Assembly (NCBI GenBank): GCA_012295275.1
Contig: CM022666.1
Span: 14,136,001 to 14,200,000 of the forward strand
Length of the DNA stretch: 64,000 nt
Origin: Chrysomallon squamiferum
Taxonomy: Eukaryota > Animalia > Mollusca
Direction of reading: 5' to 3'
The number at the start of each line of letters is the position of its first letter. The first letter of the stretch is position 1. Below the pieces are notes generated by a model. The model saw only the letters and a list, made by a program, of their open reading frames with translations, was not told the origin of the DNA and did not search any database. Shown in pieces: positions 30,804 through 44,947 of the stretch. The translations under genes and the position numbers were made by a program.

Positions 30804-31224
30804 TTACTGCCGTCTTTCATATTAAAAGAGCAACCCATCTTTAACTGTGTTATTTAATATTAACAAAAATAATCAGCAGAAAACACCTGATGATCAAAAA
30901 GAAAATTTCAGATAGAAAATTGATTAAATGTCTTGTGATTAGATTGGAAGATTAAGTTAAAAAGACGAGGTGTGTTTTATATTACGTACGCATATAATAA
31001 CAGAAATATGTAGTAGTTTTGTACGATCTTATCGAAATGTGATCACGGATAAATGTGATACCTGTTGGCGATTCACAAATGCAGTCAGGTATTGAGGGGC
31101 ACCATCAATAACTTTCTCCGACAGGTGGCGGTGATTAAGTGCTCAGTTAGGGAAGTAAGAATAAGCGGAACATGTTCATAGTCTGTACTATCCTTGGCGT
31201 ATATCTGCAATCTGCACTGCTAAA

Positions 31225-31267
<43 letters not shown>

Positions 31268-31451
31268 ACACACATACATACACACACACACACACACACG
31301 CACACGCGCGCGCGTATTTCTTACACTTCCATAGATTAAAAAGTACGTATCACAACGTTTGATAAATAATTTGTGAGGTCCTGGCTAGAACGTGAAATAG
31401 GAAACAGAAAACAGATAGGACTTATCTGCGACCATTAACGACTGGGGCCTG

Positions 31452-31510
<59 letters not shown>

Positions 31511-32615
31511 ATACACACATAGATTATGTGCATACTGACAGACATTATGGCAATAAAGACAATATAAATCACAGAAAATATCATTTATCGTGGTTTACAA
31601 GACAAGAGTAACTCTGTTATATCAATTGTCATAAATCGATTACTTCCGACAGGCAAAACAAAAAACATCACAGGGCACAAAAAAACCAGTTCACCTGAAC
31701 TCTAATTCTCTGGCAGACAGTGACAGATAACAGACTGACAGCTACACAGACGAGCGGAAACCTCAATAATAGAAGTATTCAGAATGTTGACACTGTCAGA
31801 CATGGGACACAGAATACAAATCATAATGCCACAAATATGACAGCTTTCTCGACGCTTAGATTTTTATGACGAAATCGTCACATTTCGACATCCTTTCACT
31901 TCTCACAACAAAAGTGACGAAGACAAGGCCAGAGGGATTGAGGGGGGGGGGGTAGGGGAAGTGGGTGAGTGGCTTTGACAGCGGAGGAGGTGTTGGAGGG
32001 GTCAGACTGCAGTGTAATTGCAATGTCTATTCCAGCACGTCACCGAGTGAACGAACTGTTGTTTAAATGATGATTGATACACGAGTATTGATATTAATAA
32101 TAAATGTCACAGTGATTATAGTTTATGGTTGCTGTGAAGAGCTTTGTGAGTGCGAGAGTCTCTGGCCATTTTTGTTTTTTCAAACACCTATAGTTTTCAA
32201 ATAGCGTTTTGTAGACGTATGTGTGCCATACTGATATATATATATATATATATATATAACATATTACATATAGCATACTGACATGTCAAACACATGTACC
32301 ACGCTGATATGTCACATATACCACACTAACATACTAGAAATATACTACTGTGATATTTCGGATGTATACCACACTCATATGTTACACACATAAAACACAC
32401 TGATATGTTACAGACGTATATCTCACTGATATGTTACAGATACATATTATGAAGATATATATCACTGAGACATCTACCACCAAAATACATGCTCACAACT
32501 GATTCAGAATCCTCAACCGAAATTGTTTGTTTGGGTTTTATGTCTTTGCTTTTCAAAATCATTTTCATCATTATTTTCATTATTGTTGTTGTTGTTCTTT
32601 GTTTATTTATTTGTT

Positions 32616-32651
<36 letters not shown>

Positions 32652-33289
32652 TTATTTATTTAATAATTTGATTATTTTATTTATTTATTTATTTGTTTTT
32701 ATTTATTTATTTACTTATTTATATGTTTATTTATTTATTTATTTATATTTATTTATTTACTTATTTATATATTTATTTATTTATTTACTTGTTTATTTAT
32801 ATTTATTTTTTTATTTTTTTATTTTTCTTTATTTTGTAAAGTTCACTGCAGGATTTGGCTTATGCAATGTGTCATCAAGAATTTCGCAGGTCACAGGTAA
32901 AACTAAAAAATAGCAGTTACTGCACCACTTTCTTTTTATGTCAGCCATTTCCTTATAACCCTGCTTGACACTTTAAACCTTAATTTATAACTGTTATGTA
33001 TATGAGACATTAACATACACTTTTTTTTTTTAGCTTTTTTTTAAAGTGCAGTATTCTAAGAATGCTAATTTAATTCTATGCATTTTCAGACTGTCATGGT
33101 TATTATATTAAATCATTTCTGCTTTTGAAATAATTCATGTAAAGTTTTATTTTGTTCTGTTAAAATTACAGATATATTGCTTGTACTGGTTAAAGAAAAA
33201 AAGAGATAAAATATAAAATGCACATGTAAATAATAAATTAATGTTGTTTTGTTTGTTTCTTATTTTCAGAATTATTATTATTATTATTA

Positions 33290-33324
<35 letters not shown>

Positions 33325-33480
33325 GTTGTTGTTGTTGTTGTTGCTGTTGTTATTATTGCTCTTATTATTACTATTACTATTATTACGATTATTATTATTA
33401 TTATTTGTTCCTGCTACTTCTATTATTACTATTAACTACTTTTATTTATTATTGTTATTAACTACTATTAAGACAGTTAC

Positions 33481-33516
<36 letters not shown>

Positions 33517-33787
33517 GAAATGTATTAATTTTATAAGAGAAAAGACTTGCTATTTAATGAACTGAAGGTAAATATAAAACTCAAGACAATTGAAGTAAAC
33601 TCAGTGTACTTAAGAAAGAGCAAAAAAAACATGTATGTGGTAGATAACTCTTCAGTACTCTCATTGCTTGTTTCCTGTTCCAACCCAGCACCCATAACTG
33701 GTAAGTGTAAATCAGACAATAGCAAATTAAAATGTGAACTGATTTTAAATAAATATTTCTTCATGTGATGCATATGAGTGTCTGTGC

Positions 33788-33854
<67 letters not shown>

Positions 33855-35502
33855 TCACATACAATACTGAATCTAAAATCAGATCAGATATAACCTCCTA
33901 TTTAAGCCTTTAAGTACTACTGTATTTTCACTTCACTAATTGGATAAGAACTATTGATCTGTACAAAATTATTAGTCAGTGTTTCCTGTCTTCAGTAAAC
34001 TGCTTTTAAAATAATAGAGAGAGAATAATCCCACTGAATACTTCCTCTCAATCAGTGAAAATGAAAAAGAATTAATTAATAAACACTATGTGTCGTCATG
34101 TTCCAACATTACTGAAAACATCTGAGAAAAATAAATGATAAAAATTTCTGTATTGTTCTGTGAAAGAGTCCAGGTTTGCTAATTCAACAGTCAATGAAAT
34201 ATGACAAACTGAGACAGTGAAGAATTTCTGTATTACTATGTTTTGCCGAAGTTCTAGCTGAAATGGTTAAGTCAGAAGTCTGTCGTCACATAGGAACAAG
34301 GATCATTTCTGGGGACTATCTTATAACCAGAGCTCATTACCTCTCATCAGTAACATACTAACATTTTAACTTAACACAGGTTAAACAGTTTTGTTTTTTA
34401 AATAGTTCTTCATGCTGGTAATGAAAGAAAATATTAACCATCAGATGACAGTCTAATATAATAACCTAACAACTGTTTTGAACAGATTTCCCATGTTTTT
34501 TTTGTTTGTTTTTTTAAGCAGAAGTCAGGTTCCTGAATTTCTGGCTGCTATGGAATTTTTCAATGATGCAAAAGTTTCTACTATGGGACCCTAACAATTT
34601 AATTTTACAAATAAATATGAAAAAAGAAGAATAAAGTCAATTTTTAACCTTCATCAGTTTATAATTTTGTGTTTCTTAAGCATGATAATTAAAGTCAAAC
34701 TTAACGACTGAAGTGATCAAAATAACCTGAAGTCTCAAATCATTCTGTGTTTAGCCTGTTTCAGTGTTCAGTTTTACTAGTGGTATATAACAAAGATATG
34801 TTGTTGAACAGCATATAAAAACAATTTGAGAGTTTCAGCAGCAGTTTCTGGGTATTCAGGTTAATCCAAAACCTTTTCAGATTATTTTCTTTATTTTTTA
34901 ACTTGTAGTTGGTTGAAATGTCCTTAGCTGATACTTTTCTCTCAAAGACAGGTCTTGAATGTTTGGGAATAAAAAAAAACATGGATCTTTATAATAATAT
35001 TAATATTTTAAGTAACTGAAAAAGTCCAGAATTTGTTTTTTTTAAAATAAAGAAAAAAGAAATAATAATGAAAACATAGAATATAAAGATAGTAAAAATA
35101 AAAATATCACTGTTAACCCCAATTTTTTGAAAATCAAGAAATAAGAACAACAGTAAAACATTAATTATTTCCTCCATAACAGAATTATAGGTTTATTTTT
35201 CTAATCTACATGAAAACATTACTCCCATTTTTTCACCATCATAATAAACACAGTTTTCAAGATGCTGAAATATTTGGTACAATCCTGAGTTGGAAACCTT
35301 ACAGACACTGACATTTTTATCAATTTTATATGAATAATGTTTAAAAATAAATAAACCTTCAGAATCTCTACTCTGTGATTAGGAATCATTTTCATCATCT
35401 AAACTCACTGTAGACAGTTTGATGTGGAATCATTTTAATTTTTTGTACAAGACAAATTTTTATCCACTATTAATTTATAAAACAAAATAAATGGAAAATT
35501 TT

Positions 35503-36751
35503 TCATTGAGAATATTCAGTAAATGTTATGGTATTATCTAACTCTGAACTATTCCCCAAAGATGGACAACCAGTTGATGTAGTCACAAAAGGTTGTATAA
35601 TATTTTCACTTGCAATATCTGTGAAACTTATTGTGTCTTCAACATCAAACGTTGTCACTGGTGATGCCGAAGTAGTCATTCTTTCTGCATTACTATCCAA
35701 CACATTTTTTGAAATAATCTTCAACTTGGGCTCCTCAACTACGATCTCACTGAAGTCTTCTTCTGTTGTATTTTCCTCACCAAAACTGGGAGTTCCACCA
35801 TGCGAGCACATAACACTGACATACTGTTTAGAAACTCTGACATATTCCTCTGTTGATGGATCTGAAAATGTTAAACTTTCTGAACAAGTTTTGTCAAAAC
35901 TAACTTCACTTGGTTCAGTATTTTGGTTTCCCTTAGCAACATCTTTTAAGGAGTTTTCGCTGTTGGCATTATCCACGTGAAATAAAGTTTCTCTCACTTT
36001 GTTTTCAATCTGTCTGCAAGGATCTTTATGTTCTGAATACTTTTTCTTATTTTCCTTTTTCCAGTTAGGATCCACGTTTTCCTTGTTGGCATCTTCACTG
36101 TTGTCATCACCACCATTTTTGTTGTTTTTATTTATGCAGTTAATTCCTGCATCATCACCAACTATGTGTTCACTTTCTCCAAGTTTTAAATTTGTTGAAA
36201 ATGGTGTTTTGTAATGTTTGAGATTTGATTCTGCCATTGAGGAATTATTTAAGATTATTCTTGATAAATCATTTACATCAGTTTTGGATATCAAGGTGTC
36301 TTTCATCCTGGTTTTGGATATCATGGAATCATTCAGACTGGTTTTGGATAGCAAGGAATCATTCAGATTTTTCACAGACTTCAAGGAATGATTCAGGACT
36401 GGTTTTGGATATCAAGGAATCAGTTTCTTGATCCAGAGTATTGCTGGCTTTACTTTTATTTAGGCCATCAGCAGTTGTCTCCCCTGACTTGTTCACGGTT
36501 TTGCTAGTACAGTCTGACAGTGGTAATCTGGGAGAAGTTATTGTGTCTGTTAGTTTGTTAGTATTGTTAGCAACAATCTCAATAGTTTTTTGAATTTCTT
36601 TCTTTCTTCAGTATTTTCAACATCAGGGTTCTTTATATCTGAAAAATATAAAAAATATAAGTCAAGATTAGTTTAAATATTTTTAACTGTTAAGATTTAG
36701 GCCTTTTGTTTTGCTGGATAATAATAATAATAATAAAATAATAACAATAAC

Positions 36752-36797
<46 letters not shown>

Positions 36798-38265
36798 TAA
36801 AAACAACAATAATAGAAGTAATAGAAATAATAATAATATCATTTATATCTTTAAAAAGTAATTTAAAATGTTTTATTGTGTGATTCTGTGTGTGTGATTA
36901 ACTGAAAATTAATCATAACAATTCATTTTCTTTTTGTTTTCAAACAATTATGGACCTGTTTTCATGACAAAAGGGAAAATTCCAGCCAATAATCAACTTT
37001 AAAGTCAATTTATCTAATTGCTATGCTTTTTTATTTAGCAAAAGTTAATACTCTTGGTTTGAAAGCAAAATGAAAAAAAAAAATATATATATATATAAAA
37101 ATAAATAAATAAATAAACAACTAAAAGAAAAATATTATTTTGATCCATTTTGATTGATTGTTACATTTTAACTGATTTTACATTTTAAACTCTTCAAAAC
37201 CAAGGTTAAAGGAAAAAATGTCAACTGTAATAGCATTGTACTTATCTGATGAAACTGAATCACACATTGGAGATTATGTTACAGACAAATTTAGACAATA
37301 AAACTAAAAAAATGCTATTTCATCTAGGTAAAAGTTGAAGTAGAAATTGTAATTGCCATAGCGATTATTGTAACTATTCAAGTCATATGTAAAAATGTAT
37401 TCATATTTAAACAGAATGTTGTTCTTAATGACTATTTTAGGGTAGAATGTTGTTCAGCCACTAACCTGGTAACTGCAAAAACTCAGTAGACTGCTTTGTT
37501 TTGTAAATGTCTTCAGCTGTGGAGGTGGCTGGGAATTCTGGGTAAGTTTCCATAGCGATGAACCAGAATGACTGACATGTGGAATGTGGCTTCTCTTGGT
37601 AAACTTTTCATCAGTTCTCACCTTAAAATATAAATACAAAACATAAAGACCTTAAATAAATAATAACTAAAACAAATATATAAAAATTAAAATAAAATGA
37701 TTGATAACTTTACCTTTAATATTCTGAACTATTGAAGATGGTAAAAATTTCAATAAAAAAAAAAAAAAAATTAATTATGGTATATATATATAGATAGATA
37801 GATAGATAGATAGATATATATATATATAAATATAGATCATACCCAGGCATTTTAAATTCTCTGGACCATTAAAACAGTGATATAATGTACTAGAGATTCT
37901 GTTGTAACAAAAATACTGAGACCACTAAAAAAAAAAATAAATAAGCGAAATTCAAATTCTGATTACTTTAGCAGTGACACTAAAGATTGCTCATAGGCAG
38001 ATATTAGCTGATGAATTTAAAACACAAGGATTTCTGTTCCACAGCATTATTACATACTCCTCAAAAAGGTGATACCTAATATCTATCCATGCAAAATATT
38101 TTAATGTTTGTCAAATATATATTGATTAATTTGTTGTAGAAAAATTATCAAAAATACATTAATTTTAAAGTTTTGACGAATTAAACAAACCTTCTTTCTG
38201 TTTCGTGTAGACAGCCATTCATCACATTTTTCTTGTACGTGCACATTTTGAATTTTACGTTTCAT
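35503..38265 (-). CDS. Spliced gene for a largely disordered Ser/Glu/Asn-rich protein with degron and PIP-like motifs (possibly AUNIP-like); contains apparent indels
   Basis: Exons are 38265-38191 (MKRKIQNVHVQEKCDEWLSTRNRKK|gtttgt), 37621-37466 (ttttaag|VRTDEKFTKRSHIPHV...TKQSSLLSF...|gttagt) and 36638-35503 (tttcag|...IKNPDVENTEE...RLPLSDCTSK...NKENVDP...FTEYSQ*). The last exon contains the 293-aa ORF. About 3 single-base shifts are needed to join the frames. Confidence 0.6.
36280..36430 (-). repeat. Degenerate 30-bp coding repeat (10-aa units like DSLISKTSLN, about 5 copies)
   Basis: Repeated gttttggata(t/g)caaggaatcattcag on the + strand. The protein reads NDSLLSKTSL-NDSMISKTRM-KDTLISKTDV. 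Confidence 0.75.
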
Positions 38266-38887
38266 AATAAATCACCAACAAACAACTGAAAATATACATT
38301 AAAAATACATAGTAAAACATTTTTAGAATACATTTGTTTGTTTCAAATAATTTATATTTTTAATATTAGTAATGATAATATAATAATTGTGACTCCTGTA
38401 AGTAGTTTCAGTATCATCTTGATCAAAAATTATTAGCAGTAATATTAAATGAAAATTAATATTAAGCTAATACAATTTTACAGAATTTACTTGGAGCAAT
38501 GAACATGTTATAGTGACAAATAATAAAATATTAAAATAACAAGATTGTAATATATTTGATTTTACAAATTAAATTCTAGTAATTAATAATAATAATAATA
38601 AATTTAATTACTGTATAATCTTTTTTATTTAGTTTATTCAAATTATTGCTACTATTTTTATTATTTTCAATTTTCCGTGGATCGAAATTTCTGCACGACT
38701 GTGATCAAGTTGATGAAGTAGCCTTTTTGTAGGTTAGTTTAAGATGTCTGATACTGTTACTGTTAGTGTGTAACTGTGTTAATCCTAATATCTTTCATTT
38801 CTTTGTTAGTGATAAGCGATATCTTCTGACTCTGAGTATTAGACATAATCATAATCATTAACTGCTTAAAAAGAATCGAGTATATAT

Positions 38888-38953
<66 letters not shown>

Positions 38954-38959
38954 AATCAC

Positions 38960-39080
38960 CTCTGATTCTATGTCTAAAATAGCAATTGAATTTTGCCGCT
39001 AACCGGAAGTTTACATTTTTCGCGACATTCTTCTTTAGTAGCTTTTCCTCCAAATATTATTGCCGCACCAATTTTGAACT
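38960..39080 (-). promoter_or_regulatory. Putative promoter of the 35.5-38.3 kb gene (ETS, E2F-like and CHR-like motifs)
   Basis: CCGGAAGT at 39003, TTTTCGCG at 39017 and TTTGAA at 39073. There is a candidate minus-strand donor gag|gtgatt at 38960. Confidence 0.4.
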
Positions 39081-39464
39081 AATACTCTTGCTTTTTAACT
39101 CCATGTAATAAATGAATACGGATTGTTATATATCACCTGCACATTTGTATTTATTTTCTTCTCTGGGCCGAGATAACATAAATATACATGACTGCCTCGA
39201 GAAGAGATCGAGATTTCATCGCAAGCTTTTATCACTGTACAACCCTAGCATCGTTTAATAAGTCTTAAGAATGTTTACTATTCTTGTAACTGACTGATAT
39301 TGTATTACGTTATATCAACTGTTATTCCTGATTTAGTGTTAATATTAATAACAGGTGTTGTCGTTGTAGTAATGGTAGTAGTCATTACCGTAACTAGAAG
39401 TAGCTGTAGTATAATAGTATATGTGGAATAATAGTATATCTAGCAATATTAATAGAATCAATAG

Positions 39465-39541
<77 letters not shown>

Positions 39542-40943
39542 AGTGGTAGTAGTAGTAGTAGTAATGGTAGTAGCAGCAGCAGCAATAATAATAATAGTTG
39601 TAGAGAAGAACTGACTTTAGAATTGTAGATATTAGCAGAAGTAATAGTAGTAATAAATATATAAATGTCAATCAGTTAATTATAAAATTAAAATGGACGT
39701 GTGAACCAGTTAGTTTACTGTAATTGAAGTTTCGAGCGAATATTAGGTATTCTAAGATACGTACATTCTAAATATGATAAACACGAAATAGATTATTTAT
39801 CTGAGCTGTGCAAAAACAAAAACAATCTGTTGATTCTCACGAGTTTGCTGTATTGTGGCAGTGTGATTTTCTTTCGTAAAATTTTCAATATTTTTATTGT
39901 TTTGCGAACTCCAAAATAGCTGGTGAGTTAGTTTCTTCTTCTTCTTCTCCTTCTTCTTCTTCTTCTTCTTCTTCTTCTTCTTCTTCTTCTTCTTCATGCT
40001 TCTGTACTGTTACTGTAACTATGATATTTTAATTATTCATTGCTTATGTTGTTGCAGCTTTCTATTCATTTTTTATATATATATTTTTTTTTTTTGACGT
40101 GGCATTTTTCTCTCTTCATTTTTGCTGCTGATTCTGTTATTCTTGTTGCTGATGTTGTTGTTATAATCACAGATGTAATGATTTGATTTAAATCAAACGC
40201 TGATTAATCCAGGAATTTATCACAATTCGCCCCTTCTAACCATCAAACTACCGTTTACAATCTACCTCCTCTTTTAATGAAATCAACAGCATAAAGAACA
40301 CTTCTACGAATATGTATCCTAAATATGTTCTGTATACTTCAAGTTATATTCTTATTAATTTCGTTTTAACCTTTCAGTCCTAATTAATATCCAGAAATAA
40401 TATATAGGTAGATAGATAGATAGATAGATAGATAGACAGATAGACAGATAGATAGATAGATGTAGATATGTATGAGTGTGTGTGTGTGTTTTGGGGTATT
40501 TATAATAATAATAAGAAGAAGACGAAGGAGAAGAAGACGAAGAAGAAGAAGAAGAAGAAGAAGAAGAAGGAAGAAGAAAAAAAAAAAAGAAAGAAAGAAT
40601 GAATGAAAACAGAAAAGAAAAGAAAAAAGTACAATTTAAAAATATCTAGACACCGCCATTTTTGTTTAGTCACAAATCATCGTACACACATCAGACGCTT
40701 TTGCTGCTTTCTTCTGGTTTACTAGCTTTGAGACCGCCATGTACCCGATGACGTAATGACCCCAGTTGTAAAGGGGTAAAATAGCAGCATGCAGATATTT
40801 TGTAACAGTACTCTTTGACTGTCAGACGTAGTTAGCTGAAATAAGTGACACAAAACAGTAAAATACAGAAAACTAATGAGATAACCTCCCCGTACGTCTA
40901 CATGCACACTTACTGAATAAATAAAAATAACTAACCAACCAAC

Positions 40944-40986
<43 letters not shown>

Positions 40987-41246
40987 AAAGAAAAATAGGA
41001 AAAAGAAATTGAAAAACGATATATCTGTTAAATAATTAGTTTCTAATACTCAAAAAAAAAAACTCGAAAAACTGAGGTGATTCTTACACCACTGGCAAAG
41101 TAGTCGTCTGGTGAGAGTGGTTGTGGTATTGACGACTTTCCTGTGGTTTATTGCATCAGTTAAGAATCACTTAGCACTGAGTAGTGTTGTTTAATTGAAT
41201 CATTTTTAAATTTATAAAAAAAGAAAAAAACTGTTATTGCAGAACG

Positions 41247-41320
41247 ATGAAGACCTCACTGATCATTTGTTTGTGTCTGGTTTCTGCTTGGGGATCATCC
41301 TCAGGTAAGTTATCACTGAT

Positions 41321-41382
<62 letters not shown>

Positions 41383-41748
41383 GAAAAAGAAAAAAAATAG
41401 ACGATGACGGTGATGATGATGATGATGATAATGAGTATGGTGGGTGGTGGTGGTAATGATTGTCGTACGATGATGACGATCATAATGATGCTGATGACTG
41501 TAATGATAATTACATTGATGATGATAACATGCGCGCGTTTGTGTGTGTGTTTGTTTGTCTATGTGTGTGTTGTGTGTGTATGTGTGTCTATGTGTGTATG
41601 TGAGTGTATGTGTGTGTGTGTGCGCAAATAAATTATGAACACTTGTTATTATTTTTTGTAGCTCACAGTGTTAGTTTGCATAAAGACGAACTTCAGGCAA
41701 AGTATGTTGTTTCTACTACTACTACCACTATCACTACTACTACAACTA

Positions 41749-41781
<33 letters not shown>

Positions 41782-42099
41782 CACTATCACTACTACTATC
41801 ACTACTACTACTACTACTACTACCATACTACTACTACTATACTACTAGTACTACTGCTCCTGCTTCTGTAACTACTACTACTACTATACTACTATACTAC
41901 TACTATACTACTATACTACTACTACTACTACTATACTACTACTACTATTACTACTATACTACTACTACTACTACTACTATTGCTACTACTACTATACTAC
42001 TACTATTACTACTTATTATCCACTACTATTACCTATACTATTATTACTTTTTTATTAGTACTATTATTTTTTTTATTACTACTCCCCCTCCTGCTTCTG

Positions 42100-42130
<31 letters not shown>

Positions 42131-42229
42131 AACTGCTACTACTACAGCCTTAATACTACATTCAACTATGAATTCGCAATTTTGTGTAAGATTTAAAAAA
42201 ATGTATTGTTATTATTGTTGTTGTTGTTG

Positions 42230-42264
<35 letters not shown>

Positions 42265-43276
42265 GTTGTTGTTGTTGTTGTTATTGTTTTACCTCTCTGT
42301 TCAGACGAAGTTTTATCGACGACCTGTTAGCGCCTGTTAAACAAGGATTCAAACAAACCCAGGAACAGCTGACTCCCTACCTCCACACGTTAGGCCACCA
42401 GCTGCTGAACCAAACCAAGTCTCTGGGAAAACAGGCTCTAGCACAGAGCATTACAGGTAAACAGGCTCTAACTCAGAACATTACAGGTAAACAAGCTCTA
42501 ACTCAGAGCATTACAGGTAAACAGGCTCTTGCACAGAGCATTACAGGTAAACAGGCTCTAGCACAGAGCATTACAGGTAAACAGGCTCTAACTCAGAGCA
42601 TTACAGGTAAACAGGCTCTTACTCAGAACATTACAGGTAAACATGTTCTTACTCAGAACATTACAGGTAAACATGTTCTAACTCAGAACATTACAGATAA
42701 ACAGGCTCTAACTCAGGACATTACAGGTAAACAGGATCTTATTCAGAACATTACAGGTAAACATGCTCTAACTCAGGACATTACAGGTAAACAGGCTCTT
42801 ACTCAGAACATTACAGATAAACATGTTCTTACTCAGAACATTACAGGTAAACAAGCTCTAAATCAGAACATTACAGGTAAACATGCTCTAAATCAGAGCA
42901 TTACTGGTAAACATGCTCTAAATCAGAACATTACAGGTAAACATGCTCTAAATCAGAACATTACAGGTAAACAGGCTCTAAATCAGAACATTACAGGTAG
43001 AACGAATAACATCGAAAAAAATAATGAATGGAAAAAGAAAGAATGAATAAATGAAGTAATGAAAGAAAGATTATAAAGTCCCGCATTTTTCTTATTTATT
43101 TATTTACTTATTTATTTGTTTGTTTGTTTTTTGTTGTTTATTTATTTACTGATTTATTTATTTATTTATTTATTTATTATTATTTTTTTATTTTATTGAT
43201 TTATCTATAGTTTTATTTATTTATATATTTATTTATTTATTTATTTATTTATCTATAGTTTTATTTATTTATATAT

Positions 43277-43307
<31 letters not shown>

Positions 43308-44079
43308 TCTATTGTTTAATTAACATCTATTTGTTTTTTCTTCCAGCTATGATTTCTAACGCGATATCCAAACTGTTTCACCGTGGCCGTAGCATAAAGT
43401 AAGCTGTAGCTTATTATCAATGTCGTGACTGTTGTTGTTGTCGTCTTCATTATCAACATTATCCTTCTGCTTCTCTGTATTATTCTTATTATTCTTATTA
43501 TTATTATTATTGTTGTTGTTGTTGTTGTTGTGGTTGTTGTGGTTGTTGATGTCTTTGCTGCTGCTGCTGCTGTTGTCGTTTTTGTCGTCGTCGATGACCG
43601 TGTTGATCTTGTTGTCGTTGTTGACGTGGTCGTCGTTCTTGTTGTTCTCGTCGATGTTGTTATAGTTTTGTTATCATCGTCATTTATTTATTTATTTATA
43701 TTTTATTTATTTTTTATTTATTTGAAAAATCGTTATAAACGAAGACGAAACTAGTTCGTTTTATGTTAAATATTTACTATTAAACTGCACTTATTTACAC
43801 TACGTAGGCCTGGGCTAGTACAAACTGTTAAGGATATAGAACAGGGTTTTGAAAAAACTGACGAAGAACTCAAACCATATTTACACCAGGTCGAAAAATC
43901 TTTCCTTGTTCAAACTAAAGAGAATTAGACAATGCCTCTAGAGAAATTGTTCATGGTGAGTGAAAGAATATCTTACATGAAAAAAAAAGAAACTAAGAAA
44001 TTTTTGATCTTTCTGAAATTTATTAAAAAATTTGAATAGTATACTGATTTTTTACTTCAAATGATAAACTACTTTCTCC

Positions 44080-44133
<54 letters not shown>

Positions 44134-44899
44134 ATGCAATAGATAGAAACCACTAAATGTCTCAGAGATAACATTATAATTTTATTATTATTGTTTTAAG
44201 ATGGAGAATTGACTTCTTTACGTAGAAATTATTATTGAATAATAATTATTTTAGGATGAATGAATTATTATTATATATTATTTTATTTTTATTTTTATTT
44301 TCCTTTTACAATAGATAGAAATTGTTGTTGTTTAAACCATTAAATAAGACATTATTAGGATGGATTAAAATTTTGTGTATCTATGGAGGCTTTGTTTTAT
44401 TTTTTTGTTATTATTATTGTTGTTTTATTATATATATTTATTATTTTATAAATTTCACTTTTGTTTTCCAGTATTTGCTTTTCCCTTTTTGCTTTTCGTT
44501 TATTTGTTCTGTGTATTTTTGTACGTCTGTTTTTGTATTTGTCTGGGTATGTATAAATGTATTTATTTTAGATTTGACTACTGAAGTAGTTAAAAGTATG
44601 TCAGATCTTACTGGCAGATTTGGGTAAGTTTTAGATCTGTTTTTGTGTCTGTGTCTCCAGGAAATTCGTTTAAAAATATTACCAATTTTTATAATGTGTC
44701 TGAAATAGAGCTAAACTGGAAGATTATGCGCCCCTCCCCACATATACAGACATACGTACACAAGCACATGTACAGACAAGAACACAGACAGACAGATGCA
44801 GAAACGAAAGATTCAGATAATTAATCCTGACAATATATGTAGACAGAAACATGGAAACACGAAGGGACAGACCGATATGTAAATATAATTTACACACAC

Positions 44900-44947
<48 letters not shown>

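Noticed and set aside
35528-35980. Plus-strand 150-aa ORF
   Set aside because: It is antisense to the longer minus-strand exon, which has splice support.
42427-42999. 30-bp array as a CRISPR array
   Set aside because: The units are head-to-tail with no unique spacers, the context is eukaryotic, and there are no cas genes.
41604-43046. 480-aa ORF as a single protein
   Set aside because: It is read-through of intronic trinucleotide repeats. Only 41662-41701 and 42305-42456 (plus optional repeat units) are bounded by splice sites.
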